A stretch of 64,000 nucleotides of DNA from Octopus sinensis (Eukaryota): assembly GCF_006345805.1 (NCBI RefSeq), contig NC_042999.1, forward strand, positions 42,656,001-42,720,000. The letters run 5' to 3'. The notes beneath the pieces were generated by a model that did no database searches, had not been told where the DNA came from, and saw only the letters and a program-made list of their open reading frames with translations. The translations under genes were made by a program, and so were the position numbers. Shown here piece after piece: positions 51,056 to 64,000 of this stretch; within the stretch, counting starts at the first letter, position 1, and the number at the start of each line of letters is the position of its first letter.

Positions 51056-51528
51056 CAATGACCATTATTTATACTTTCTCTTATATACATATATCATCGT
51101 CATCATCATTTAACATCTGCTTTTCATGCTGGCATGGGTTAGATGATTTCACTGAAAACTTGTAAGCTGAGGAGCTGCACAAGGTTCCAACCTGATTTGA
51201 CATGGTTTCTACAGCTGGATACCCTCCCTAATGCCAACCACTCCAAAAATGTAGTGGGTCCTTTTTATGTGCCAGAGAAAGCTACACACACACACACATA
51301 TGAAGGTTTTCTGCAGTTTTAGTCTCCCAAATTCCACATCGTAGGGCGTAGGAGTGGCTGTGTGGTAAGTAGCTTGCTTACCAACTACATGGTTCCAGGT
51401 TCAGTCCCACTGCATGGCACCTAGGGAGAGTGTCTTCTACTATAGCCTTGAGCCGACCAAAGCCTTGTGAGTGGATTTGGTCGACAGAAACTGAAACACA
51501 CCCCTCGTATATATGTATGTATATATAC

Positions 51529-51562
<34 letters not shown>

Positions 51563-52031
51563 ATGTGTGTGTGTGTGTATGTTTGTGTACCTGTGTTTGT
51601 CTCCCCAACATCACTTGACAACCGATGCTGGTGTGTTTACGTCCCCATAACTTAGCGGTTCAGCAAAAGAGACCGATAGAATAAGTACTAGGCTTTAAGT
51701 CCAGGGGTCGATTTGCTTGACTAAAGGCGGTGCTCCAGCATGGCCACAGTGAAATGACTGAAACAAGTTAAAGAGTGAAAAAGAGTAAAAGAGTATCCAA
51801 GATGGTGGAAGAAGACACTTGCCCATGGTGGGGTACAATGGGAGTAAAGTGAAATGTTGTATCTGCAAACCAAATTTCTTTAACACACAACCATTAGATG
51901 AATTGTAAAGAAGCAAATAACAATAATATGAGTGTATCATTATTGATTCCACTATATATGTCTACTCTACCCAAGTCAAAGAATTTCAAGAAGCCAAGAA
52001 CTGAAAGAGATAATATGTAAAAGAATAATAC

Positions 52032-52074
52032 CTGTCCGTATGCAAATATAGTTCCATTATATCCAGCAAGGACA
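52032..52074 (-). CDS. KIF6: KIF6 exon, 43 nt: (S)VLAGYNGTIFAYGQ
   Basis: Acceptor ttctag, donor GTATTA. The peptide matches the kinesin-9/KIF6 motif SVLAGYNGTIFAYGQ just before the P-loop. Phase 0 end joins the 41322 exon. Confidence 0.93.
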
Positions 52075-54419
52075 CTAGAAAAAGACAAAATTGTAAATAA
52101 AAATTAAAAAAAAAAAAAAAAAGGAGACAAGAATATTAATAAGTTGATAAATTTTAAACAAAGAGAAAAGGGTAAAACATGGTAGAGAGACATGCTAAAG
52201 TATTTTTCTGGTGCTGAAGAGGAAGCTCATTCTTTGTGCAGTTTTGGCTGTTCTGAGGATGTTAGGCTGTTAATGTTGAAGATGGATACACACACACAAA
52301 CACATATATATATATACAACACACATGCAAAGATATATACAAACATGCACATATAAATACAAATATACATACATATATATATATACACAAACATATGCCT
52401 GGTGCAGCCTCCTGGCTTCCCAGACCCCAGCTGAACCGTCCAACCCATGCTAGCATGGAAAACAGACATTAAACGATGATGATATGATATATGTATATGC
52501 ACATGCATATATATATATATATACACACATACATATATTTCTAAATGCACCTATATACATATATACATGAATACATATATATATATACACACACACACAC
52601 ACAATGTAACATATGTATGTATGTATGTAGGTATGCATAGAGGCACTCACACCTACACAGAGATATATATATATACACGTTTGTACAAAAATAAATGTAT
52701 ATAATACAACGTACACACATTCATATATACATACATGCATAAAGCATGGCAGAGTTACATAATGAGAAAGCACAGTGAAGTGAATAGTCAGATGCTGTGA
52801 GAGAAAATTTCATCAATCTATTAAATGCCAATCAAGTGCATGTTTAGAAAAACTATGGAAGAGTAAAAGTGACATACCAGACTAGTTTGTCATAGAGCAG
52901 AAAAATAGTTTAGCCAAGAATGAAAACACTCTTATGGCAGAGAACATCGACATGTTGCATAACTTCATATTATATAGAAGCTTCACACAGGCAGTTATTT
53001 TTTAAAGCAATTTTTCCAAGACCATTGTGTACCCAATGTGGTGCAGACAGATAAGTGGATTGGTGATAGAAGGAAATGTTAGGATGTGTTGAACATAATT
53101 TAATTAAAAGAGTTATGTTGTCAGAACTAGAGAAGATAACCCCTGTAGAACCTTGTTGCAGAATGACTTGGTTGCTAAAATTTTTCCTGATTCTATTTCC
53201 CTACTTGCAGTTTCTGGAATGAGTGATTTGGAAAGTGCACCTGCAACCTCAGCTTCAGTTATTGAAGGATTGTGAAAAAGTATGCATACATCCTTAAAAG
53301 AGAATTTATAGAAGATTATTTCTAGCGAGAGAATTCTTTATAAAAGGAATATTCCAAGAGTGTATGGTTAAGAAATTCTCTTCACAATCATGTGGTTTCG
53401 GGTTCATTCTCATTGCTTGGCATTTTGGGCAAGTACCTTCTACTAGAGTCTTATTTCTTTACTGCCCACAAGGGGCTAAACATAGAGGGGACAAACAAGG
53501 ACAGACAAAGGGATTAAGTCGATTACATCGACCCCAGTGCATAACTGTTATTTAATTTATCGACCCTGATAACTTAGTAGCTTCTAAGCAGAAGGAAGGG
53601 CAACAATGTTCTAAGTCTATCTCCTTAACATCTTAGAGATTTTAGGTAAAATTATACTAATGTGTCCATCTGTTTTAATTTAATTAAATTCTATGTCTTT
53701 GTGCAGCTGAGGATTGCTCTGCATTTAAATTGATGTAATGGTTGCATTGTTCAATTAAATGGAGTTGCGTGAAACGATCGTACTGCATTACCTCTGGATA
53801 TCCTTGTTGCTTATTTTGATTGTACATATATATATATACATATGTATGTACATATATATATATAATATAATATATATATATTATAATATATATATATCAT
53901 ATATAGACTATCGTAGACACACCTATAGACATAGATATATTATTTTATATAAATACACATACACACATTAAACAATGTGAAACTGAAAGAAAAGAATGAA
54001 GAAAGGAGAGATAGGGAAAGCCTGGAACCAGAAAAAAAGAAAGCAAAAGAAATATAGCGTTGAGAAAAGAAATCTTCCTTGTGTCTCAGAACAAAACTGT
54101 CTCTGCAAGGCAGAAGTTCACTCCAAGCCCATCCCAAACCAATTCCCACCTGCCCTGATTACACACACATTCAAAATATGTCAGGAATAAATCTTCTGAG
54201 GAAGACTAATAGTTTGAAAAATGTTGAAACGTATTTCTCAAAGCTGTCAATTCTCTCATTTATTTTGGCAGATATTTCAGACTGTTTTCTATCAGATTTG
54301 GTTTAAGTTTTTTTTTTTTTCTTTGTTGTTGATTTCTTGTGTGTGTGTGTGTGTGTGTGTGTGTAATGTGTTTTGTATATATATATTTATATGATATGTG
54401 TATATATGTATGTATATAG

Positions 54420-54451
<32 letters not shown>

Positions 54452-54660
54452 TATATGTTTGATACATACAGACATATACGCATAATAGGTATATAGCATA
54501 TATTATGTATATATATGTATACAAATAATATATGTATAAACATATATATATATATATATATATAATATATATAATATACGTATGTATACGTATATATGTG
54601 CGTATCCCTTTGGATTTATGTATGACATCACTATATATATATGTTTGTGTGTGGGTAATA

Positions 54661-54694
<34 letters not shown>

Positions 54695-54748
54695 TATACA
54701 TATATATATATGTACATACATGTACATACATATATATCTATATATACT

Positions 54749-54811
<63 letters not shown>

Positions 54812-54821
54812 ATACATATAT

Positions 54822-54871
<50 letters not shown>

Positions 54872-55624
54872 TATATATGCACATACATACATATATATGC
54901 ACATATCAAATAGCCGAGTTTTTTTACTTGTAGTAGTGTAGGTGAGAGTGGATGCTGGAGTTTTCTTTACGTATTTTATATCAACATTTTTCTGAACAGT
55001 AAGTGTTGTTGGTTACAGGTTTCCGGCAAGTCAATCACTGGTTCACCACTCTTATATATAAAAATAAGCATGACAAGGAACTCAGTGGATGTAATTTGGG
55101 TGGAACAAATATCACATAAGATATTTCTGTTTGAAAACACCAGTTTTTCTTTTTTTTTCTTCTTTGTGGCAGGGAATGGAGTAGTTCTGCTACTATATAC
55201 ATCAACAATACTCTTTCTCTTTACTTTTTTACTTGTTTTAGTCATTTGACTGCGGCCATGCTGGAGCACCGCCTTTAATCAAGCAAATCGATTCCGGGAC
55301 TTATTCTTTGTAAGCCTAGTACTTATTCCATCGGTCTCTTTTGCCAAACTGCTAAGTTATGGGGACATAAACACACAGCATCGGTTGTCAAGCGATGTTG
55401 GGGGGAACAAACACAGACACACAAACATATACACACACACATATATACACACATGACAGGTTTCTTTCAGTTTCCACCTGCCAAATCCACTCACAAGGCT
55501 TTGGTCGGCCCGAGGCTATAGTAGAAGACACTTGCCCAAGGTTCCACGCAGTGGGACTGAACCCAGAACCATGTGGTTGGTAAGCAAGCTACTTACCGCA
55601 CAGCCACTCCTACGCCTACACATA

Positions 55625-56190
55625 CAGACACACATCATCATCATAATTATCACCATTGAATGTCCATTGTCCATGCTGGCCTGGGTTGGACATTTTGACC
55701 AGAGCTGGGAAGCTGGGAGCTGGAGAGCTGCACTAGGCTCCAGTCTGATTTGGCATGGTCCCTACATCTGGATAGCCCTCCTAATGCCAACCTGTTTACA
55801 GAGTGTGTTGCATGCTTGCACATGGCATTGCACAAGTGCTTATAAGTGACATTGGCATGAGTGTTTCTTACACGGCACTGGCACCAGAATCCTGCAGGTT
55901 AACCCCTTTCACGAGGGGCAGTGGCCATAACACTTCTGCTGTAAAGTACAGGTCTTCATGAGCATAGTAAGGTGCCAGGCATCTTGGTTCTTTGTCATAT
56001 CATCTGAAAGGTCCAATATCCTGAGGCCATGCTTCAGTACTTCATCCTATGTCTTCCTGGGTCTCCCACTTCCACAAGTTCCATCTACTTTGAGAGATTG
56101 GCACTTTTTTATGGAGCTGTCAGCATCCATCCACATCACATGACCAAACCAATGCAGTCTTCTCTCTTGTATATTGCATTGGTCCTGAAA
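55625..56190 (-). mobile_element. RTE LINE ORF end plus 3'UTR (family D)
   Basis: IQERRLHWFGHVMWMD...GRPRKT*DEVLKH, followed by the CCATGCTAGCATGG-type tail ending in (ATG)n. Confidence 0.8.
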
Positions 56191-56829
56191 GGGTTGAAAG
56201 TCAGAGTATTTCCAATGCAGTGCTCAATCTAAGAATGAGGCTCTTTTACTTGTTTCAGTTATTTGACTGTAGCCATGCTGGAGCATCGCCTTTAGTTAAG
56301 CAAATCGACACCGGTACTTATTCTTTGTAAGCCTAGTACTTATTCTATCGGTCTCTTTTGCCAAACCGCTAAGTTACGGGGACGTAAACACTCCAGCATC
56401 GGTTGTCAAGCGATGTTGGGGGAACAAACATCAACACACAAACAGATACACACACATACATATATACAACGGGCTTCTTTCAGTTTCCGTCTACCAAATC
56501 CACTCACAAGGCTTTGGTTGGGCCGAGGCTATAGTAGAAGACACTTGCCCAAGGTGCCATGCAGTGGGACTGAACTCGGAACCATGTGGTTCATAAGCAA
56601 ACTACTTTCCACACAGCCACTCCTATGCCTATAGCTTCTTACCACATAGCCACTCCTATGCCTATCTATATTTTTTTAATTGAATGTGCAAGGCTATCTA
56701 TATTTTTGAATTGAATGTGCAAGGAAGATCAAAATTTTGCTGGTGCAGAAGATCCAGATGTCACACTTGTAAATCCAGTGTGTACTTTAAGCAATGAGTA
56801 AAATTATAATTCTGATAGGAAGACAAAGA

Positions 56830-57760
56830 AAGAGTTTAGCTCATCTTCGATGACCAGTTACAATTGTTTCCTTGAGAAGACCAAAATAACAACTATCAAA
56901 GATCAATCAACAAACTACTGAGATCGGTGACAGATTCACCTATCTGAGTAGTGTCATGAGTAACAGTGGAAATATTCTAGCTAACATCAACCATGGAATT
57001 GGCAAGTCCACAGCCATATTCCAGAGAATGTGCACTATCTGATCCTCCAACATTGTTAGCTTACACACAAAGATCCAGTTCAATATTAGCATAGTTCTAC
57101 CAACAGTTCTCTATGCTAGAGAGACATGGAAAAGCACCATGAAAATATGTAGAAAACTAGATGTTTCCCATCAAAGATAACACAGAAGGCTTCTGAGAAC
57201 ATACTGGCAAAACCATGTAGCCAATGAAGATGTTAATATATATATATATATTAGATGTTAATATATATATATATGTATACAAGGTGGTATCAAAAGGTTT
57301 CTGGACTAGTTGAGTTTAATAAAAGAAATAACTTATTTACCTAAGTTTTAACATCATCTCTTTCACCATGTGCAATAATACATCAGCCCCAGCATTCCTG
57401 CCATTTTGGAATCTGACCTGGAAGTTGTTTACCATAAGTGAATTGAGGACCTTCTATGATTTGCTCTGGATCTCAACAACAGTGTTAACACAAGATCACT
57501 TAGCAAAATCATCATGGAATGGAGATTGAAAGTATTAGGTCATACACTTTGGTGACAAGAACAGCTTTCAAATGAACACCACCAGAGGGAAAAAGAAAAG
57601 GTTAGCCCAAAAAGTACACAGTGCAGAATACTCACAACTAACATGAGAAAGGCTAATATCGCATGGGTGGGTGGAGAGAAAACTGCAGCTCACAGAAGTG
57701 AGTGGCATCAACTTGCTATCCATCGTGCTTAGGAGAACAGGAGGAACTGCTACTGATATA
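56830..57760 (+). mobile_element. Degenerate RTE LINE RT C-terminal region (interrupted)
   Basis: FTYLSSVMSNSG, IVLPTVLYARETWK, RKLDVSHQR, and later AWVGGEKTAAHRSEWHQL. Confidence 0.75.
57280..57500 (+). mobile_element. Mariner-like end fragment inserted in an RTE remnant
   Basis: TA followed by CAAGGTGGTATCAAAAGGTTTCTGGACT, a typical mariner TIR. The other end was not found. Confidence 0.45.
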
Positions 57761-60014
57761 ACTATTTTGGTACCTCTCTGTTTGCAATGCCATTGGACAC
57801 ATAAGTCCCATGTGGAAAGTTATATAATATTTGCAGTTTTAAATATTATTTATCAGACTTGCATCAAAAGATGCACTTTTCTATTGTGCATCTGTCAAAC
57901 ATTATATGTTGCTTGTTGCTTATATAAAAAGCACCCAGTACACTCAGTAAAGTGGTTGGCATTAAGAAAGGTATCCAGCCATAGAAACCATGCCAAAGTG
58001 GACAACGGGAGACTGGTGAAGACCTCCAGTTTAACAGCACTTGTCAAGCCATCCAACCACCAATACCAGAGTGGAAAATGAACATTAAATGATGATATAT
58101 ATTATCTCTCTCTCTCTCTCTCTCTCATACGTATGTATGTGTGTGTGCGTTTATGTATGCATGTGTACGTATGTATTTGTATGTGTGTGTGTATGTATTT
58201 ACATGTAAATGTACCCTTGTTTTGTCATAACGTGATGGTTCAAAATAAGCATCACCATCATGCAAATGGTGTTGTTTGTTTCCAGTCATCTGGTCACAGG
58301 AAGTATCAGTTTCCTTGGAAACGGATGAAGGTTAATGACAGGAAGAGCATCAAGCCATAGAGAAAAAGTGTCACAATAAAATTTAGTCTGACCCATGCAA
58401 GCAATGGAAAAGTGGATGTTAAATGATGATGATGATGATGGAAGATAATGATGATGGCGACGATGATATAAACTTGGTAAAGGAGAAATTAAGTGTTGTG
58501 CACAAGAAAGGAAGCTGCATTTCAGGTGGCATCCTCACATTTAAGGACTCTCAGATTAAGAGAATTGACTAAATTGAATTAATGTACCAGCACATTTGTT
58601 TATTCTTCTTGCCATGAAATAGTCAGAGAGCCATATTCTCTCAGGAATTCAAGTAGAGATTTTGCTTGACTTCACCAACATGTTGTTCCTAGAACAAATA
58701 CCCCTTTTATAGAACCAGAGACAATAGCACTTTAGATTTCTGCTTCAGAAATAATGAGGAATTCATCCAAAATGTGAAGGTGATACCTAGATTCTTCTGT
58801 CAACACAACACAGTATAATCAACAATGTATGCTCAAAAGGAGATCATAACTCAGTACATCACACAGATCATTCTAATCTTATTCAATGTAAAATTCTACA
58901 AGGCTCAGTGGAAATTTATTAACAGTGGAAATTTATAATTTAATTAAGCTTAACTTGTTCATAATTCCTTGAATTTGTAAGCTGGTTTTGCCCCCTTTTT
59001 TTCATGAGATGGACAGGAAAAGGATTTTATGTAAACAGGCATGGCGGTGTTATCAAGAAGATTGCTTCATAACCATGTAGTCCCAGGTTCGATTCCTACT
59101 GTAGGGCACCTTGGGCAAGTGCTCCCCCTTTAGCCCTAGGCTGACCAAAGCCTTGTCAGAGGATTTGGTAGATGGAAACTGGAAGAAACACATTGCACAC
59201 ACACACACATGTATAAATTAGCAAATGAAATGTGTAATGGTGAATAAATAATCTTTTCTACTCTAGGCACAAGACAGGTGGTGTAGAAAACAAACAGATT
59301 TATTAGTATAACACTCAGGAATTGAAAGAGTCTTTTACGTTTCAAGCCTATGCTCTTCCACAGAAAGAAACAAGGAGAGAAACAGGGATATATATATATA
59401 TATAGTGTACCAGTGTAGCATTTTATTATTGGTGAGATCAACAAAAAAGTACTCCATCCGCAAAAGATAAATATCATTTAAGGTATATACATATATGTTT
59501 GTGTATGTATGTAGAGAGATAGACAGACAGATGTGTGTGTGTGTGTGTGTGTGTCTGTGTGTACAACAGGATTCCACACAGTTTCCATCTGCCAACTTCA
59601 CTCACGATGCGTTAGCTGACCCAGAGCTAGAGTAGAAGACACTTGCCTAAGATGATGGACAGAAGGACTGAACCCAAAACCATATGGTTGCAAAGCAAGC
59701 TTCTTAACCACACAGCCATGCCTGCACCTGTTATGTTAATGTGCACTGAACTACAGATTTCTATTCATCATATCATCATCATCATCATCATCATTTAACG
59801 TCCATTTTCCATGCTGGCATGAGTCGGATGGTCTGACTGGGGACTGGCAAGCCAGGAGGCTGCACCAGGCTCCAGTCTGATCTGGCAATGTTCCTACAGC
59901 GGGATGCCCTTCCTAATGCCAACCACTTTTTACATGCCACTGACATGGGAGCCAGTAATGCAGCACTGGCATCGGCCACATTCAAATGGTGCTTTTTACA
60001 TGCCAACGGCACAG

Positions 60015-60500
60015 GCTTATTGTATACAATTTCTTTTCCCTGTCCTCAATCACTATGTCTGGTCTGCTGTGTTAACATTTTACAGAGGGTTTTTGTTACA
60101 AGATCATTCCACCAGCATTTTTTAATATTATGGTTGAGAACACTTTCCATATCATTGCAGCTTCTTATTATATGTCAGTCTTCAGAACTATCCTTTCTAC
60201 TAATTGCTTTGTGTAATGTTTTGGACTATACATCATTCTTCAAAAGCAAATACCAAAAGGGTATTTCCAGGCAGCTTCTTATGATGTGGGTAACATCTTT
60301 GATGTTAATTCTATAGTCAGCATCAATTGTCCAACCTGTATTTCTTTCCCTTTTGTACGTTAGGTATTTTATCTTATTTCCTGTTCCAGGATTGTAAAAG
60401 ATTTCTCTTCAAAGTGAGAACTAAAATAGCAGTTCTTGGTCCAAGACAGGCTACTCTGGTTATTAACATAAAGCTTTCATACAATGTAACCATGCATAAA
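60015..60500 (-). mobile_element. Second REL-type LINE fragment (R4/NeSL-like), very degenerate
   Basis: MHG...SSHFEEKSFTILEQEI, VTHIIRSC...NDV*SKTLHKAISRK, HSRPDIVIEDREKK, across frameshifts. Confidence 0.6.
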
Positions 60501-62760
60501 TTTCCATTGATATGCTCAAAACCTTTCTTCAGATGTTTTATGTATGTTTATGTAAATGAGAGAAGAGAGATTAAATTAGCTAGCAGGCAAAAGTTGAGAG
60601 TTCCAATTTACTCTTTTACTCTCTTTTACTTGTTTCAGTCATTTGACTGTGGCCATGCTGGAGCACTGCCTTTAGTCGAGCAAATCGACTCCAGGACTTA
60701 TTCTTTGTAAGCCTAGTACTTATTTTATTGGTCTCTTTTGCAGAACCGCTAAGTTATGGGGACGTAAACGCACCAGCATCGGTTGTCAAGCGATGTTGTG
60801 GGGACAAACACAGACACACAAACATATACACACACATACACATATATATATATATATATACATATATACGATGGGCTTCTTTCAGTTTCCGTCTACCAAA
60901 TCCACTCACAAGCTTTGGTCGGCCTGAGACTATAGTAGAAGACACTTTCCCAAGGTACCATGCAGTGGGACTGAACCCGGAACCATGTGATTCATAAGCA
61001 AGCTACATACTACACAGCCACCCCTACACCTATCTATCTATGAATCTTATAACAAGCTTTGTTTCTTTCAGTATTGAGTCTTCTCATCAGTAAATGTTCC
61101 ATTTGTATTCTTCAACTTAATTTAACATTTATACAAGTAACTTCTCTACAAGAACTTGCTCTGCCTCATCCCCACCTCCACTTCTCTAATACTTTAACCC
61201 TTCGTCTACTCACATAAAGCTGTTTCCTCACTTGGGGTTTGTAGCCTGTGGAGCTGTATGGTGACCTCAATAGAGTTGGTAGCATGAAAAAAGCACCCAG
61301 TACACACTGTAAAGTGGTTTAGCATTGGGAAGGGCATCCTAACGTCCTTGTGTCCATCAGACCCTGTCAAAACATCCAAACCCTGTCAGCATGGAACATG
61401 GACATTAAATGATTATGGTGATGATGATGATGATGACAATGATGATGAATTTAACATTTGTGTGTGTGTGTGTGTGTGTGTGTTGTGTGTATGTGTGTGC
61501 ATGCATACTTGTGAGAGAAAGAGAGAGAGAGACAGTGAGAGAATGTGAGTATCGCCTGGAAAGAGGTAGTATTAGTAATACTATATTAGCTGTATCCCTT
61601 TTCCCCCTTTTCTAGTTCCTAAGAAACTTATCTGTAAATAGGTACCAGTGTAATTTTTATTGCCAATATTGACCAACTGATGCCAGAATGGATATCAAAT
61701 GATGATGATGACGATGATGATGATGATGATATCTGCTACGAAATGAAAGCAGACACAATATATGAAAGAGCTGTTGATGGTGAATAGGTTGCAAGAGATG
61801 CAACCAGTGCGTAACTATGGCACCAGCTGTCTAATTAACCTAACCAACTAGTTGTTGCTTTTCACAAACAGGTGATTTGTACTTTTACACATTATTAACC
61901 TATCTTTCATGCTTAAATGACCGATGAGGGAGTCCCTGTACAGCCCACATTCATTTGACATACTGGAATTAGCAGCCAAATTTCTCTCAAATTATGCCCT
62001 CCCGACTATCATTATCGCAAGCAACTAAAAAATGGGATATATTTGATACTTTAGTCCTAGATATGTAAAGCTTGAGATAAATGGAACCATCTGATCATAG
62101 ATCTGCTCATTTTGAACTGACCTGGGGTTAAATAACACAAAGAATTAGTGGTCCTTTTTATTTTGCTTTTTGTTTTCTCCCTTCTTTAGTTGGGTTTAGT
62201 TCTTATTTCTTTATTGCCAACAAGGGGCTAAACATAGAGGGGACAAACAAGGACAGACAAACGGATTAAGTCGATTATATCGACCCCAGTGCGTAACTGG
62301 TACTTAATTTATCGACCCCAAAAGGATGAAAGGCAAAGTCGACCTCAGCAGAATTTGAACTCAGAACGTAACGGCAGACGAAATACCGCTAAGAATTTCG
62401 CCTGGCATGCTAACGTTTCTGCCAGCTCGCCGCCTCACTTCTTAAGCCATGCCTGGACACAACTATCAGTTTTTGTTTGTTTGTTTGTTCTAATTCTTTG
62501 GCTCATATTTTAGCCAACAGAGTCAGCATATAAAATGCTCATGTTTCCTTTAATGTTCTTTTATTTGATTCAGTCGTTGGACAGTGGCCATGCTGAGGCA
62601 CTGCCTTGAAGGGTTCTATTTGAACAGATCAATCTCAGTATCTATTTTTAAATCTGATATTTATTCTATCAGTTCTTTTGTAAAACTGCTTAATTACGGG
62701 GATGTAAATAAATTAACACCAGTTGCCAAGTGGTGGGAGGACAAACACTAACACAAAAAC

Positions 62761-62833
<73 letters not shown>

Positions 62834-64000
62834 TAGATAAATAGATAGATAGATAGATAGATAGATAGGTGCAGATGTGGCTGTGTGGTAAGAAATAGTG
62901 AGTTGACAGAAACGTTAGCATGCTGGGTGAAATACTTAGTGGTATTTCATCTGCCATTACGTTCTGAGTTCAAATTCCGCCGAGGTCGACTTTGCCTTTC
63001 ATCCTTTCGGTGTCGATTAAATAAGCACCAGTTACGCACGGGGGTTGATATAATCAACTTAATCCATTTGTCTGTCCTTGTTTGTCCCCTCTGTGTTTAG
63101 CCCCTTGTGGGCAATACAGAAATAAGAAGCTTACTTCCCAACCACATGGTTCTGGGTTCAGTCCTACTGCATGACACCTTGAGCAAGTGTCTTCTACTAT
63201 AGTCTCTGGCTGACCAAAGCCTTGTGAGTTGATTTGGCAGACGGAAACCGAAAGTAGCCCATCGTGTGTGTATATATATATGTATATATTTAAGAGTGTG
63301 TGTGTGTGCGAGTCATTGTTTGTCATCCTATCATCACTTGACAACCAGTGTTTGTGTGTTTATATCCCCATAACTTAGCAATTTGGCAAGAGACCAATAG
63401 AATAGACACTAGGCTTAAGAAATAAGTCTTGGGGTTGATTTGTTTGATTAAAAAATCTTTTCGAGGCAGTGCTCCAGCATGGCTGCAGTCAAATGACTGA
63501 AACAAGTAAAAGAATAATTATAATGAGCTTCCACACAGTTTCTGTCTACCAAATTCACTCACAAGGTATTGGTTGGGACTGAACCCAAAACTACATGGTT
63601 GTGAAGTGAGCTTCTTAACCACACAACCAGGCCTGGTCTATATTTACGGTGAATATCTTTTATATATTCCAGGGCTTAATTTTGTTTTTGTTATTTTTTT
63701 TGTTTTTTTTTTTTTTCATTTTCAGTATCCCTAACTGTTGAACCAGCCAGTCTGTGAAAGCTGTTCGACTACTTTGGCGATGTTATCATCATCATCATTG
63801 TCATCATCATATGTATATATGTCTCTTCTATGTTTTAATTATTATAAATTTTCCACTCAGGTGGGAGCCAGTTTCCAACAAAGATACGAGGCTCCCATCT
63901 TTGGGATGTAATTAACACAGATTGCACTTGTAATGTATGAATCAGCCGGTCAATTTCTCTTCCTGAAAACCCGTTTATCCAGATTCTCCCTTAAGCATTT

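Noticed and set aside
54190-54240. CTGAGGAAGACTAATAGTTTGAAA hammerhead-like motif
   Set aside because: Core and stem II are plausible but no matching stem I 3' strand exists; at best a relic, so not counted.
53996-54306. Short plus-strand ORFs near 54 kb
   Set aside because: No recognisable domain or splice context; they start in purine-rich low-complexity sequence.
61040-61100. Minus-strand CTGATGA...GAAA hammerhead candidate
   Set aside because: Stem II does not pair and stem I is out of register.
52075-64000. Upstream KIF6 exons (FKF..VF...PV and start)
   Set aside because: No convincing match was found by eye; they are probably beyond the window end. Likewise the TPMNQASTRSH exon was not found in 1-4902.

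Overview
AT-rich eukaryotic genomic DNA loaded with microsatellites, most likely from an octopus (inferred from the SINE/LINE repertoire and the C2H2 array style). The whole window lies inside a minus-strand kinesin-9 gene, KIF6. Four motor-domain exons (43, 105, 110 and 130 nt) splice in frame across introns of about 10.7, 32.4 and 3.6 kb; the rest of the gene is outside the window. The introns hold at least five tRNA-derived SINE families, RTE, CR1/L2-type and R4/Dong-type LINE fragments, and a Penelope-like GIY-YIG remnant. They also hold Tc1/mariner elements (one full-length with probable DD36E spacing, one DD37D), piggyBac-type MITEs, Helentron-type elements and a decayed C2H2 zinc-finger array. 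The most striking signal is a dense set of type I hammerhead ribozyme motifs, about a dozen from intact to relic. One canonical, possibly active copy (33345-33397) caps a long hairpin inside a 353-bp tandem duplication, which looks retrozyme-like. Others sit at the apex of ~185-bp fold-back elements, carry very long stem II inserts, or show a possible G3:C8 compensatory core. All intact cores are antisense to KIF6 and most copies share the same CpG-type lesion. All folds were paired by eye and none is experimentally validated.
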